The notes: generated by a model from the sequence alone, not told the origin. Shown: positions 1 through 14,045, counted from the stretch's first letter. The stretch is 64,000 bases of DNA from Eledone cirrhosa (GCA_964016885.1 OZ024743.1:24552001-24616000); one strand, 5' to 3'. Numbers and translations are program-made.

Positions 1-3000
1 TAAACCCACAAGTCAGCAATGCTCGGACACTGGACGAGTGCGTGCAGGACGGTTTCGTCGCCCTGTGCGCATCTCGGACATGCCCGGCTGACGGCACCTC
101 CATGCCTGTAAAGTTTATCCCGAACTGGCAAAGCACCCCGGTAGCACTGCCAGGCCAGGGATTTCTGGAAGTTGTCCATAGACCCCAGCCCGAAAGTCCT
201 TCCGAAGAGATTGGCTAGTTGATTTTCGTCGACGCCTAGAGTTTCTCCAAGTACGTCGTCGCTCTTCCCCTCCACTAATCCCCTATAGAACGCCAAGGTG
301 GAGTTTCCACCGATCACATTGCCCGATTGGTCGAGGGCTGTGAGCGCCTGAAGACATTCCAGTCTCCAAGCGCTCCCTCTCGGTCTTCGCTTGACCCAGG
401 ACTGTAGCTCCGTCAAGGAGACGAGCTGGGGAAAAACGTGTCTAGCAAACGGCGACCACACCTGATCACCGTCGAGGAAGAGGTGGAGATGTCGTAGCCT
501 GAGCGCGTGTCTGCGCATCATCAGCCACGGCATGCCCAGCCCTCCATGTAGCGGGTGTTGACAGCAGATGGACCGCCTGACCATCGGAGCGCGTCCCTTC
601 CACAAGAAGCGAAAGAGCAAACGCTCCAGCGCAGTCAGGCGGGGCTTAGGACAAGGTACGAGGGTCAGGCGGTAGTAGATGACGGACGCGATGTACGCGT
701 TAGCCACCTCCGCTCGACCTTTCAGGGATAGCTTCCTTTCGGCCCATTTCTGGGTGAGAGAAGCCACCCTGCTAGTCACCTCGTCCCAGTTTTTGTCCGT
801 CTGGAGGTCTGGACCGAACCAGACCCCTAGCAATTTAACCGGTCCGTCTGTCCAGCGCCCGACGACGCTGTTGGACGGCATGGACCTGCCTCTCCAGGTG
901 CCGAGCTGCAGGCCCACTGACTTTTCCTGGTTGATCATTGCTCCTGTCACCGCTTCGTATTCTCTTAGTGTAGTGCCGATCGCCTCGATGTGTTTGGCGT
1001 TCGACACCACTACGGTGACATCGTCGGCATATGCTGACACGGATCTTCCGCATCCTAGTTCGCGCGGGATCCCCCTCAACGTCTCCAGTTTGTGCAGTAA
1101 TGGCTCGAGAGTCAATACGTACAATAGGGACGCGAGGGGACATCCTTGGCGGACCGAGCGCATGATGTTGAACGGTTCCGAAAGGTTACCGTTCACTCTC
1201 ACTACAGAGCAGATGTTGCTGTGCATGGCAGCAATCCAGCCTCTGAAGACAGGCCCAAAGCCAGCCGCCCTCAGGACTGCCTCTAGGTAACGATGGTCGA
1301 CTGATCTAAATTGATCAAAGACCCACCCGTGCCAGGTTCCCTAGCTACCCTCTCTACGATGTATCGCATGAGGTGGAGGTTGTCGTGGATGGATCTGTCG
1401 GGAATGGCGCATGTCTGTGCCTCTCCCACCAGACCACCAACGACAAGCGCCAACCTCTTTGCTAGCACCTTGGCCAAAATCTTGAACTCTGTGTTTAGCA
1501 GAGTTATGGGCCTAAAATTATCTATGTTATCCCCCTAGTTCGGATCCTTTCTCAGCAGCGCCACCGCTCCTCGGCTCACAGAGCTGGGAATTCTCCCGTT
1601 CTGTTGCCAGTTGCAGTAGACGTCCGCCAAGAGGCCTCCGAACAAGTCTGGCATTTGTACGTAAAGTTCATAGGGCAGAGCATCCAAACCAGGCGATTTA
1701 CCCCTTGTGCAGCCAGTCATTTCCTCCCGTACTTCAGCGGCTGTTATCGGTTTTTCGCAACACTCCGCCTCAGTGGCCGAGAGCCGCGGCAGTCCGTCAA
1801 GGTAGACACTAAAGTCCATCCCTCGATCCGACCCGCCGCTGCCCCCGAACAGTTGAGCGAAGTGTCGCTGAAAAGCTTCACACATTTTCCCGGGATCGAG
1901 TAGCATGCGCCCGTCGTAGTCCACCAAAGACCGGATCGTGGCTTTGTTGCTACGACGCCTCCGCCACTCCGGCCCATTGAACGGCTTTCGTCCCCTCGTG
2001 TCTGAGAGCACGCACCCTAGCTCTGACAACGCAGCCTTCGTGCTTTGCATTGAAGAATTGGTCAAGGGCCAATTTCGCCGCAAGTAAGTCGTCGCGATGC
2101 CTTTGCAAAGCGCCTCGTTTAATTTTCTAACTAATTCTCCCTCTGCTCTATTTTTCTCTATTGCTAAACCTAATGGACTCTATTCTAATTGCTCTTTTCA
2201 GAGCAAACCACCACTTGTTGTTGACGATGGCCCCCATCAACGCCCGCTTAACTAGTTCGCTAATCCGGTCTCTGTAGGCCTTGCGCGCTGGTAAGGACGC
2301 GTTTAGCTTCCAGTAGCCGGGTCCTCGTCTATGAAGCCTATCTAAGTCAAGCACACAGATCACGAATTTGTGGTCCGTGTAGCTGACTATCTTGAATTGT
2401 GGACAGCCTATGCTAGACCTATCTATTTCCCTACAAAATACTCTATCTAGATATGATCTGGATGACCCTATGCGATTTGTCGAAGTCTACATTGGTACAT
2501 TCGGGAAATCCAATCGGTACCTGTCAGACAGTTCAAAACGTCTGAGCAGGTTGGTGAGACTCTTGCACCCTCCTCCCCCTATCCACTAATCCCACACAGT
2601 CCCAGCGTGCATCTAAGATCCCGTTCCAGTCGCCCACTAACACTAAAGAGCGAGACGTTCCAAGAAAGGTCTCCAGACGCCGGAAGAAATCAGGCCGCCC
2701 TGTTCCTGTCGGGGCATAGACGGCCACTAACCTGAAAGCTTGCCCGTCTCCGCTGGTCACGTCCAGCACCACCAACTTACCTTCTGGGTCCAGGAATATG
2801 GCCCGTATGGCAAGATCCAAACCTCTCCGAAAAAGCAAAGCAACTCCCCCCACCTCCCACCCCACTCCCGGCTGGGAGATGCGTACACATCGTAGCCGCC
2901 GAAGATCGGTGCGAAGGCCCGTGCTTCGGAGATTCTGATCTCGCTGATGGCCACTACATATATGTTTAGTGACCGGAGGTCGTTGAGCAGGTGGCCCTGC

Positions 3001-3056
3001 TTCCATGGCGACCCCAAGCCACGCGCATTTATGCTGCCTATTCTGAGTGAGGTCAT
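1..3056 (-). pseudogene. Tx1 ORF2 (APE endonuclease + reverse transcriptase), frameshifted
   Basis: Fragments MTSLRIGSINARGL, VYAP, VGDWN, GPGYWKLN, KSPGLDALPYELY, AKVLAKRL..IHDNL; several frameshifts, and the KAFDR motif is deleted near 1300. Confidence 0.9.
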
Positions 3057-3090
3057 GTTGAAATGGAGTAGAAAAGATGGGAAAGACCAC

Positions 3091-5256
3091 TTACCTTACT
3101 TCTCGTAGAGGAAGGACGGATTTTCCATCCTTTTCACTGCTTGTGGCCTCCTCAGGAAGGGTGTCCTTATAAATCCTCCTGGAGAGTGCTTGTCGGAAGG
3201 TCCGATGTCTTTGGGGAATTTTTGTTTTAGTGTCATGTACGTTTTCTGTGTGATGCGAGTGATTTGTATGTGTGGAGGTGGTGTGAATTTTTGGGTTGTT
3301 GTGTAGTCTATTTCTGTGATGCTGGTGTTGTATTGGATGTAGTGTAATAATTGGTTGTTGTTCAAATTTAATTGTTTCTACTTTTGGCACAAGGCCAGCA
3401 ATTACCCAGTGCATTACTGGTACTTTATTTTATCGACCCCGTAAGGATGAAAGGCAAAGTCAACCTCGGCGGGATTTGAACTCAGATCGTAAAGGGACGT
3501 AACTATGCTGGAAAGCATGGCGTCCGACCCTCTACCGATACTGCCAATCCACCGCCCTTTGTTGTTCAAATTTAATGCTGTGTAGTGTGTATCGTTTTGG
3601 TTGTTTTGTTTTGTTTGCGTTTGTTGTGGGTTTGTTTCTGTTTCGCATTTTGGTGACTTTTGTGGTTTAGGTGATGGTGGTGTTGGGGTTAATGATGGTG
3701 ATGGTGTTGGTGTTTGGGGTGATGGGGTTGGTGATGCTGGTGTGGATGGTGGCATATCTGTCCTAACTTTTTTGTTTCTTAATTTATTTGTTTCCCTCTG
3801 TATTTTGTTTTTGGAGGGGGAAGGAAGAGAATTTTTTCTTTTTTGGTTTCTTTTTTCTTTTTACCTGATACCGTTTACCACTCCTCGTCGTCACAATCTG
3901 TCTCCAGTTGTGATAGGCCGGGGAGTGGAAAATCCTCCACAGGCGTTAGTTTTGATTGTGGCGTGGTGGAAGGTGTAGGCGCTGGTGCTAGTTCTGAAGC
4001 GTTGGGTGGTGGTGGTGTTGGTTTTGCTGGTGGTGGTGGTGTTGGTTTGCTACTGTTGCTGGGGTTGTTGCTGTTATAGTTGCTTCTGTTGTTGCTGCTA
4101 CAGTTGTTGCTGCCATCTCTGCTACTGGTGGTGTTGATGGTTGAGTCATTGGGGTGGGTAGGAGAGGTGGCCTCGACCTTTTAGCCTGAGGGCAGAAAGC
4201 CCTTAGGTGGGTTCCTTCACCACAAACGACACACCTAGGCCTTCTGCCCTCGACAATTACGGTGAGGTGGCTGCCGTCTATTACCTCTGGGATCTCCTCA
4301 ATGCTTTTTTGGTCCGCTTGGATCAGGAGCTCCATCCCAGATCCGGACCAGTTCTCCTGCTTTTCTTTTGCTATTGCTATTATCTTTGTGTTGGCTTCGA
4401 TGCCGGCGAGGACGGCCGCTATTAGCCAGGGAATTTCGATGGCCGGTGGAACGTGGGTCACCCTGATCTTTACGAGTCTCTGGCCACAATAGCTTGGGAC
4501 GAGTGTGAAGTCGTCAATTCTTAATGGGGCCATGGAGTGTTTTCTAGCCTCCTCTGGTGTTTCAAAGAACACGTCCACGGTTCCATACTTCTGCCCACGT
4601 CTGATGTGGGTTTTTCTTGCCCACACATGTCCCAAAGCTTTTTGGATTTGGGAGTCGGATGCCCGTTCCACTCGGCGCGATTTTACATTAATTGTTCGAT
4701 ACGACATTATTAGGTGTGTGTGGGGGGGGGCTGACCCTGTACCCATCTTTCTTTACCATTTTTTTGGCATTTTCTAAATCCTCCTGAGTTACCGTAAATG
4801 CTTCGAACCTGTTTTGCTACTCTGGCAAAACTCAGGGTGGTTTTTTTAATGTCATTGTTGCTGTTGTTGTTATTGTTATTTTTGTTATTATTAATTTTAG
4901 TTTCAGTTGTGGTGGTGGTGACGTCAGTGGTATTCTGTGTGGAAGAGTCCATTTTGGTTGAAAACATTTCGATATCACGAGTTGATTTATTTTTTCCTTT
5001 TGTTTCTGTTGTCGCGGTGGTGGGGGGGGGGGGGGGTCGCGGTGGTGGTGGTGGTGGTGGTGGCGGCTTTAACACCTGCAGTCATTGGTAATGGCGGGAA
5101 ATGAATGTCTGCCTGAGACAAATTTAAAATATTGCTACTGCTTATATTTTTTTTAGTGTTGGCAAACGTAGTAACATTTACAATGGTGGTGTCGGTGTGA
5201 GGTGTTAGTTTGTGAGGAAGGCTCTCAGCTGCTTGGTGCAGAGGTGAATTAGCCAT
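3091..5256 (-). pseudogene. Tx1 ORF1 (zinc-knuckle protein), frameshifted and SINE-interrupted
   Basis: ORF 3988-4746 contains VEGRRPRCVVCGEGTHLRAFCP, matching VEGRRPSCHICAGRGHLKAACP in ORF 24751-26475; Pro/Thr-rich C-terminal pieces. Confidence 0.85.
3373..3558 (-). mobile_element. tRNA-type SINE inserted in Tx1 ORF1 with 18-bp TSD
   Basis: B-box-like GAGTTCAAATCC, body CTTTGCCTTTCATCCTTACGGGGTCGATAAAATAAAGTACCAG; TSD TTGTTGTTCAAATTTAAT at 3355-3372 and 3559-3576. Confidence 0.9.
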
Positions 5257-5473
5257 TTTTTTTCAAAGAATTTTTTTGATAATCATAAAAGTTTAAATTT
5301 TGGGCACAAGGCCCCAATCTTTTTGGGTGTCCTTTTCGGAAAACAATGTATGTGCGCTTATATATAGTTAACAATAAAAATTTTCCATAAATGGCAATTT
5401 TTAACAAACGGAAATAACAAACCTTTGCGGAGCTCACGATGATACGATTTACTAATTTACTACGTAGGTCGCC

Positions 5474-5550
<77 letters not shown>
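5474..5550. repeat. (AAT)n microsatellite / LINE tail
   Basis: About 25 AAT units between a LINE-like 3' end and the Tx1 5' end. Confidence 0.95.
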
Positions 5551-5552
<2 letters not shown>

Positions 5553-5820
5553 GTTTCTTTATTAGCCACAAGGGGCTTACATTAAGAGAGCAATGAAGAT
5601 GACACAGGGTGATACAGTTTTGTGTAAAGTAAAAACGATTTATAAAAAAGACAAAGAAATATGTATCTAAAAAATCAAATATAACGAATTTCTCAAAGAT
5701 GGGGAGACCTCCGAGCGTCACTAGTGGACAGAATCCAGAAAAGGCCACGGTAAACTTGACCTCTAGCACAGGTGCCCTTTCACAGTTGTCCCCTTCCAAT
5801 ATACTGGCACATACTCAAAG
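5551..5820 (-). mobile_element. Probable 3' UTR fragment of another LINE (Tx1-like) ending AATAAAGAAACTG-(TTA)n
   Basis: PolyA signal directly before the (TTA)n tail; the AATAAAGAAA ending also closes the Tx1 copy at 30.15 kb. Confidence 0.5.
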
Positions 5821-5982
5821 CAAGTCCATTCACTCCGACCAGAATATGTGACCAAAAAGCTGACAATCAACAACTAAACAACCATCCGGTTATTAAACTA
5901 ACCGGCTGGGAGGTTATAATAAATTAAATTGTATTTTTATTGGTATCATGAGCCTCCCAAATTATAGCTATATATATATATA

Positions 5983-6125
<143 letters not shown>

Positions 6126-6232
6126 ATTAGTATATTTACCAACATATGCGTACAGATGTACACTAATGCTAGCAAATACATAAGTTATGTCATAGTACCT
6201 AGGTGGTTCAATGCAGGAGGATGCAGAACAAT

Positions 6233-6351
6233 TATATGAAAGACGTAAAATAAGAAAATTTTAAAAATTAAAAATTAACTTACTTACTAAAATTTTAGTA
6301 AGTAAGTTAAGTTTTAATTTTTAAAATTTTCTTATTTTACGTCTTTCATAT
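6233..6351. repeat. Near-perfect AT-rich palindrome (~60-bp arms) next to (TA)n
   Basis: TATATGAAAGACGTAAAATAAG...CTTATTTTACGTCTTTCATATA, centre near 6292. Confidence 0.9.
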
Positions 6352-6361
6352 ATATATATAT

Positions 6362-6950
6362 GATATATTTTCTTTAGGTCATTTTGGAACCCTCAACAAT
6401 GCAGATGGGTAATTCTCCGGGTAACAAGATCCGGCCGTGAAGAGAGAGATGTAAGTAAATGTAGAGTGAGATGTATAGTGTGTAGAAGAACGTAGGAAAG
6501 AGCGTAAAAAATAAAAATAATAACACGAGATAGAGTTACCTTGGGAGAGATTTAATTGTCCCTATATTTCGGATTCACATCCATCAACTGCGGGGTTTTC
6601 GGGGGGGGGGGTTACTTGTCGGATAGGAGCAACGAACAGCGGAGGACACGGATCACTCCTACCCTACCCTGGAAAATGGATGTTGATGGGTGTGAATCCG
6701 AAATATAGGGACAAATAAATCTCTCCCAAGGTAACTCTATCTCGTGTTATTATTTTTATTTTTTACGCTCTTTCCTACTTTCTTCTACACACTATACATC
6801 TCACTCTACATTCACTTACATCTCTCTCTTCACCACCGGATCTTGTTACCCGGAGAATTACCCATCTGCATTGTTGGGGCTTCCAAAATGACCTAAAGAA
6901 AATATATCTTATTATACCACAATGCTTCAAGCAAACTTCAATACTCTCTT
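6362..6950 (+). mobile_element. PLE-derived fold-back element (~230-bp arms, ~90-bp spacer, unpaired 3' tail) with degenerate HHR core
   Basis: Arms 6362-6590 and ~6682-6908 are reverse complements; minus arm reads CAGTTGA-T-GGAT-GTGA-ATCC-GAAA-TATA-GGG; (TA)n on both sides. Confidence 0.75.
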
Positions 6951-6967
6951 ATATATATATATATATC

Positions 6968-7445
6968 AACAGTTTTGCAAGAGATGTCAACATGAATGGA
7001 CCTGTTATTTTTTCCGATTCCAACACGCCTGTCCCCTCAATCTATCTTATTTCTCATTCTTTCTTCTGATGAAGGACTAGCGTCCGAAACGTTAAGACCC
7101 TCTCCCTGCTATATCAAGCGTTAACCTAACATATCCCTTCCATATACTGTACCAATTGTGTTGTTATTTTTGTTTACCTTTTACATATATATTTTGTTAC
7201 TGTTTCTCTTTTCTTCCCTTTTGCTTTCCTGTGCTCCTTCCTTCGTTTTCCCAATAACGTATCCAGTTATTGACGCCCTGGGGTGAAGTGGTATCTTGTC
7301 TTTAAAGCGTAGAAATATCCTAGATCCCCAGTAGACAATTGATGAGGAATCCCCCCCCCCTGTTCTTGCTTTCTTCGTATTCCCACTGCATTTTAAGTTA
7401 CCTTAAATAGCAACCACACAGCCATTTCTATTCTACATATATTTC
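6968..7445 (+). mobile_element. Non-coding PLE pLTR-like element with HHR
   Basis: Bounded by (TA)n; carries the HHR at 7062-7097 and a CCCCAG(T/A)AGACAA-like motif shared with ~31.95 kb (minus) and ~40.13 kb. Confidence 0.65.
7062..7097 (+). ncRNA. Minimal type-I hammerhead ribozyme
   Basis: TCTT-CTGATGA-A-GGAC-TAGC-GTCC-GAA-ACGT-T-AAGA: stem I TCTT/AAGA, palindromic stem III (AACGTT). Confidence 0.8.
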
Positions 7446-7506
<61 letters not shown>

Positions 7507-7773
7507 CAGATGTATCATATAAAATTATATATATACATATAAGATTATAAAGACATCAGTGATATACGACAATGACAATGATTCCAAAGGAAAATAGTTG
7601 CTGGGGGCGCATCTACAAGGTTAGGTGACCTGTAGAAACAGCAGTCAAATTTGCTCTCAAATCAATTCCCTACATTCACTTGAAAAAGAAAGGCTTAACG
7701 TAATTTTTAAATTTACCGGATGGATACAACTTGTGTGACTTGGTCAGTCAGGGTTGATCTCCGACTAAATAAT

Positions 7774-7973
7774 GGTTTCCACTATAGGCACAAGGCCAGC
7801 AATTTTGAGGGAGGGGAAAGTCGATTAAATCGACCCCAGTGCGAGGCTGGTACTTTATTTTATGGAGCCCGTCAGGATGAAAGGCAAAGTTAACCTCGGT
7901 GGGATTTGAACTCAGAACGTAAAGGGCCGTAACTCTATACTGCAAGGCATGGCGTCCGACCCTCTACCGCCCT
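7774..7973 (-). mobile_element. tRNA-type SINE with 16-bp TSD
   Basis: Same family as 3373-3558; TSD TCTCCGACTAAATAAT at 7758-7773 and 7974-7989. Confidence 0.9.
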
Positions 7974-8286
7974 TCTCCGACTAAATAATAATAATATTAA
8001 TTACAAAGTGAGTATCAACATAACGACATCATCAACATCACTAACATTGAAATCAACAATGACAGCAATAACAAGAACATAAACATACTCGATGTTTGTA
8101 CATCATAATCTTTCAGAGGAGTTTCTTATGAGTTGTTAAAAAATAGGTTTCAGAGATCCACTGAAATGATAATCTTGACGAAGCAAACAAATTCATCATA
8201 TATATATATGTGTGTGTGTGTGTGTATGTGTGTGTGTGTGTGTTTGTATGTGTGTGTGCATGTATGAGTATGTACGTGTGCATGAA

Positions 8287-8323
<37 letters not shown>

Positions 8324-8330
<7 letters not shown>

Positions 8331-8460
8331 TAACAGATTAAAGTTTAAGCAAAGAATCGCTGCTTTCACCCTTAACGGGATCTTCTGAAATAGTTTCAGA
8401 AGATCCCGTTAAGGGCGAAAACACCGATTCTTTGCTTAAACTTTAATCTGTTATTTTAAT
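8324..8460. mobile_element. Fold-back element of two head-to-head HHR-like arms in (TA)n
   Basis: 67-bp arms with a 3-nt loop; composite arm AGTTT-CAGAAGA-T-CCC-GTTAA-GGG-Y-GAA-AGCA..TGCT-T-AAACT (U4A core variant). Confidence 0.8.
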
Positions 8461-8998
8461 AAATAAATATATATATATATATATAAATTCTTCTTCATAC
8501 TACAAAGAACAGGGCGAGCGATATAATGGAAAATAAGTGAACATTGATAAAACAATGAATAAATTATTCATGCATCCTTTTTTTGTCTTTATCTTCACCA
8601 TCTTCGTTCCATGATGTATGTATGTTAAACTACATATTGTCCTGTGCGCAAAGAGGTCAACAGTAATCTAACCGAAACTTCTAACGATAATTTAAATATA
8701 GCGTTTAAGTTGCCAGTCAGTCTAATAAAGGCGGTGAAATGTTAGTGTAAAAAGAAAAGTCTAAAGACAGTGGCGATCAGATTGTGCCTGTTAATAATAG
8801 TCTTCACCTTATTCAGCTATGTGTTGTAGATTTTGTTGATTTTGTTGCCAGTGATGACCTTCTCCCTTTTTCTTTTAATCCGAAGTGTCGGGGTTATTGG
8901 TTTTTGTTGGCATTGTAGATAAGCGTCATTTTTCCTGCATTATATATGGCGACGTATGTGTGTATAAATGCGTATGTGTGTGGGAATGAGCGTGTAAA

Positions 8999-9233
<235 letters not shown>

Positions 9234-9489
9234 TTAATAACTGATTTTGAAACAATTTTAGTAGGCTAAATTATACGGCGACCCAGAAACAAATTCACCA
9301 CAATAGATTCAGCAGACACATCTATCAAACATCCCACAAAATATTATTATATGATCTAAATACACTCTTGAGATGATGGATTCTCCATTGGTTTCGACGC
9401 AGAATACTTTGTTGCTCGTTCCACTGAATGTCTTATGTTAAATTAAACATTCGAATATTCCATGCATATGGGTGGTGTTCACATAATTT

Positions 9490-9690
9490 TAAAGCAGAAT
9501 CAGCGCGACACAAGCCGACAAGGCCACACCATTGCATTATAATTACAATCCATCCAACGAACTACTAAACATTATCTATTTAGCCAATTTCACTCGCGGT
9601 CAAGCTAAAAAACACTTACTCAAGATGTCATGCAGTGAGATCGAACTTGGAATCTCATGACTGCGAAGCAAAGTTCATAATCACTTAGCT
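9490..9690 (-). mobile_element. Old tRNA-derived SINE, second family (degenerate)
   Basis: Minus strand has CAAGTTCGATCTCACTGCATGACATCTTGAGTAAGTG (B-box-like plus body); related head near 33795. Confidence 0.5.
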
Positions 9691-10582
9691 ATGCTTAATG
9701 CCATACTGTTGAGATATAGATCACGCTAGCAGAAAATACTCATCAAAGCACCCACGGCATGTATTAAACTCAGTTTTAATCTAGCATTAATAATGTATTA
9801 CAAAAACCTTCAACACTAATCACAATATTCTGAAAAGAAATCTAAACTTTAATAAAGGGAGGAGTGCGGGACAGCGCCCAGAATATATTTTTTTATCCCG
9901 TTTGTAAAATAAGTTGGATTACTTTGAATAAATAATGAATGAATATTACATAATTTATCTACTAAATTTCATTATTCTTGATTAAATGTAAATAATTTTG
10001 TCGCTTATCTTAAGATTCACTTCTTTAAAATGTTCAAATGTCAACACTTCCGGTTAGCGATCGCTTCAATAAACAGTCATATATTTCCGTCAATGGATTA
10101 CGTTACTGATTACATAAGACAGTGTAACGCAGTCTTCGTTCAATTTCTGTGTATATTGTCAATTACGATTTTATTTGATGTATCATATCTACATGCATAT
10201 ATACTTGCGTATAATATAAATATAGACACTACACAGGGTAGTAGAAAACCACCCGAAAGGTGGTTTTTCTGCTCGTTCAGATAATTTATAATTCATGAAT
10301 TCAAATGCAAATATGAAAGTTATGTATTCATTATATTAGATGTTACACAAAACCAACAAGTACATCTTTTGCTGTCTGTTGATGATTCTACAAGAATGCG
10401 TCATTGCAACAGCATTATGTGTTATAAGAGTATGTGTGAGTATATATACAATCATACAAGCATGTATGCATACATACATATATACATACACACACATACA
10501 TACACACACATACAGGTATACATACATACATACATACATACATACATACATACATACATACATACATACATACATACATACA

Positions 10583-10936
10583 TAGTGGCTGCCAACTCGT
10601 TTTCGAGTACGGCCACTACTTTATATCACTGTAGGAGAACCCCTACCGATGCGCTGAACGAGTGTGACTTTTTAGTCCAGCCAGCGACTTGAAAACTCTG
10701 GTACAAACACTACACTTGTGACAATTATTGACACATAGTGCTGGGCCCATGGTATCATGTGACGACAAGTGCAGAGAGATATCCAGATATAAAGCAATGC
10801 CTGTGCCGTGAAGCTTTTATAGTGAGCAAAGGCACTGCACAAAGCCAGTCCTACTCTCTTAACCAAGATGACATTTACCAAAAAGAAGAACAAGTCAACA
10901 TCATTGGATACCATCAGGATTGCAGGTGTTATATCA
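10583..10936 (-). mobile_element. Non-autonomous RTE derivative, 5'-truncated copy
   Basis: Matches the 3' ~350 bp of 21887-22495; ends in a (TATG)n tail. Confidence 0.9.
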
Positions 10937-12035
10937 TACTTACATACATATTCAAGATGTTTTGCATACGCACCTGATGACCGTTCTGGTGTGAATCTCG
11001 TGTGACGAGAAAGAAATTCAAGTTATCAATATAAAAAAAAAAACTAGAAGACCAAGAAAGCCTGAAATGGTAACAAACCGGAATTCTTGGTTGATCAGGA
11101 TTGAGCTGGAAATAAACAGTAAATGCAATAAAAACAGAGTCGAGGTTGTGGCAAATGGAAAATATTTGTTCTTAGATCTTCTCAACTAGAGCTGACCTGG
11201 GTAAAACAACAAAAACAATCCAGTAAATCAAAAGACGATTATAAATGATATGCCAAAAATATTTACGCAGGTGGTAAAAAAAACTAAACTGCCTAAATTG
11301 AAATTGTATTTCAAGGAAATTATGAAAAGATTATTAGTATAATCTTAGACGGTGCACCAAGAGAACTCTCTTAGTGCACCGTCTAAAACCTTGGAGAGAA
11401 GGCTTTCAGTTATTCCTTCTAGTTCTCTGTGTTTTCTGAGTTCAAATCCTGTCTGGGTCAATTTTACCTTTCATTCCTTCGAGGTCGATAAATAAAGTAC
11501 AAATCTAATACTTCTTCTTACCTTTCTCTTTCTCTCTTTCTCTCTCTCTGGAAAATCGGCTGGAAAAGAATAGGTCTCCACCAGGTCTAAAGTGCCCAAA
11601 ACACGCCGTATATCATGACATCACTCCTAGGACTCTATCAGAATTTACGAGTCCTTATAGTGTACTCGTACCATCAATGATAATAGAAAATGTGTTGGGT
11701 TCATCCTGCTTAAATGTATTTAAAATGATGATAAAATAAATTTTATTTTTAAATCAGATATTTACATGTAATGTACTTTGGAAAATCGTGATAAAATCTT
11801 TTGTACTTCAATAGTTGCATTAATAGGGTACAAATTGAATATTCAGTTACAGCCAATATGTCTGAAGATGTCTCATTCTGCGTAATACGAAATATGTGAC
11901 TACTTCTGGGGGCGGGGGTCTCAAGACTGCTGCTTAATTTCTCGATATCTATTTTATTGAACTGCTAAGTTACGGAAAATAATCATAAACACAAACATAA
12001 ACGTAAGCATAGACACACAACATAAACAAACACAC

Positions 12036-12211
<176 letters not shown>

Positions 12212-13421
12212 GAAACAATCTTATATATATATAAGTGGAAACAATCAAATTTTTGCAGAAAAATATCTTACCTTCTCCAATAATTTTGCGAAATCCAGAC
12301 TTTCAATAATGACCTTTGGTTTATCACACTCACTCTCTCTCTATATATATATATATGGAAGTGCGTGTATATGTGTGCATGTACATTTATTTTCAACTTG
12401 AACAAAAATCCCTAGAAATCTGATTGACATTGTGTGTATATATATATATATACAAGTTAATAAATTAATATATGATAAACACCAATATGAACATATAAGC
12501 GTTTGCATTGTAAACGACCAAGTTAGCTAGATTGAAAAATACTAATTAGATTAATACAGTTTGCCTGTCTCGATTTAAAATAATAAATCAATAAAAACAA
12601 ACCCATATTGGCAATAGCCGTGATACCTGGACAAATTTAAATTTCAAAATCCAAACCTGTTCCGCAGACAAATTTAAATTTCAAAACCCAAATAAGTTTC
12701 GCAACGATAATTAAAAAAGTGAAAAATTCCAATTCCTGTGGTCATCAACAGGTATCCAAAAATTAACATGTTTCACCTCGAAATATTTTTGAAGGACTGG
12801 TAATCAAATGCTAACGCACGTGGTTTCCCAGCTCCTAGCTAGCCCCATACTCATGCTGCTAGAAATAACAGCCTTCTATATGGGATTAAAATTTAGCTCA
12901 ACAACAGGAGCCGTTAAATATTATATTTAGAGTTATAAACTCAAACAGTCTTTTACAATTAATTAGCTGTTGTTGAGCTAAATTTTGGCAGCCTAGTTGG
13001 GGGAATCATAGACGGTGGTGATCCTAGTCTGGAATTCGATCCTGGTCGGGAGTAGTGTTTCCGGTAAACCTTTTCAGTTTTTTTCTATGGAATGTAAAAT
13101 AAAAACTGAAAAAAAGACTACGTATATCTCTCGATCAGGATTGAACCCAAGCCCAGGATCTACATCGCCTCCTGGTATAGCCCAGGATCTATAGCACCTA
13201 CTGGTAGTCCACTGAGACAGCTACGGAAGTTATATGAAAAATTCATACTTATAAACCTACTTTCAAAATTTTCGATACAGAACGATGTGATGTCTTTCTT
13301 AATGTTATTGCTCCTACTTAAGGTCGACTTCTAAATCATTTGTGCATTCCATAAATTACATCCTCGTTTTATTTCTCTTCTATCTAATCCATGTTTCATT
13401 TCTGTTGCACCTCATCCCCAT

Positions 13422-13499
<78 letters not shown>

Positions 13500-13504
<5 letters not shown>

Positions 13505-14045
13505 GGAAAAGAGTCTTAACATTTCGGACATTAGTCCTTCAACAGAAGACAGAATGAGTGAGGGAGAAAAAACAGAAAGATAGACGAGAGTTCGGAAAAA
13601 TGGAAAATGGAGGAAAATATGTGTGTAGCTAATCAGCCATTTTAGAAAATGGTCGAGGATGAGGAGAGAATAGAAAAAGAGATGGGTAAACACAAAGATA
13701 GAAGACACGGGCGTGGTGGAACCGTAAAATATGGTAGAAGAATGGGGGTTAGAAGCTGGTGGAGTGCCACAGTCATGTAGAGCGCCGCGCTTCACTTCAC
13801 CACGACGCCTCTTTTATAGTCAGGTTTAATGACGATGTCATGGCGAGGCCAGGGGCTGTGTTGAACAGAGAGTACAGCCTTGATCCGTCAAGACCGTTAA
13901 CAGAAATTGAGGCAGATCAATACGAGACGCAAGTATCCACAAAGAGCCGAGGCCGCTGAAATGGCCAGGCTTCGGTGTCCAGTATTATGGTCGGCGTGGG
14001 AGACTCGTGAAGCAGTCTGTATGAGCCGATGTGGAGGCTGTGCCG

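Larger units (their letters stand above)
1..5473 (-). mobile_element. Tx1/L1-clade non-LTR retrotransposon, degenerate, 3' end runs off the window
   Basis: ORF1 with CCHC knuckle (CVVCGEGTHLRAFCP) and ORF2 with APE and RT motifs, collinear with the element at 24.3-30.2 kb; the 5' end abuts a (TTA)n tract. Confidence 0.92.

Noticed and set aside
679-1290. 203-aa plus-strand ORF and similar antisense ORFs over LINEs
   Set aside because: Shadow frames of the GC-rich Tx1 RT on the opposite strand.
10972-11005. Additional CTGANGA hits (10975, 11862, 34478, 36730, 40149, 45820)
   Set aside because: GAAA or stem I/III missing or unconvincing; at best decayed or truncated HHRs.
11345-11386. 42-bp hairpin TTAGACGGTGCAC..GTGCACCGTCTAA as a terminator or MITE
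   Set aside because: A real palindrome, but with no HHR, TSD or second copy in the window; function unsupported.
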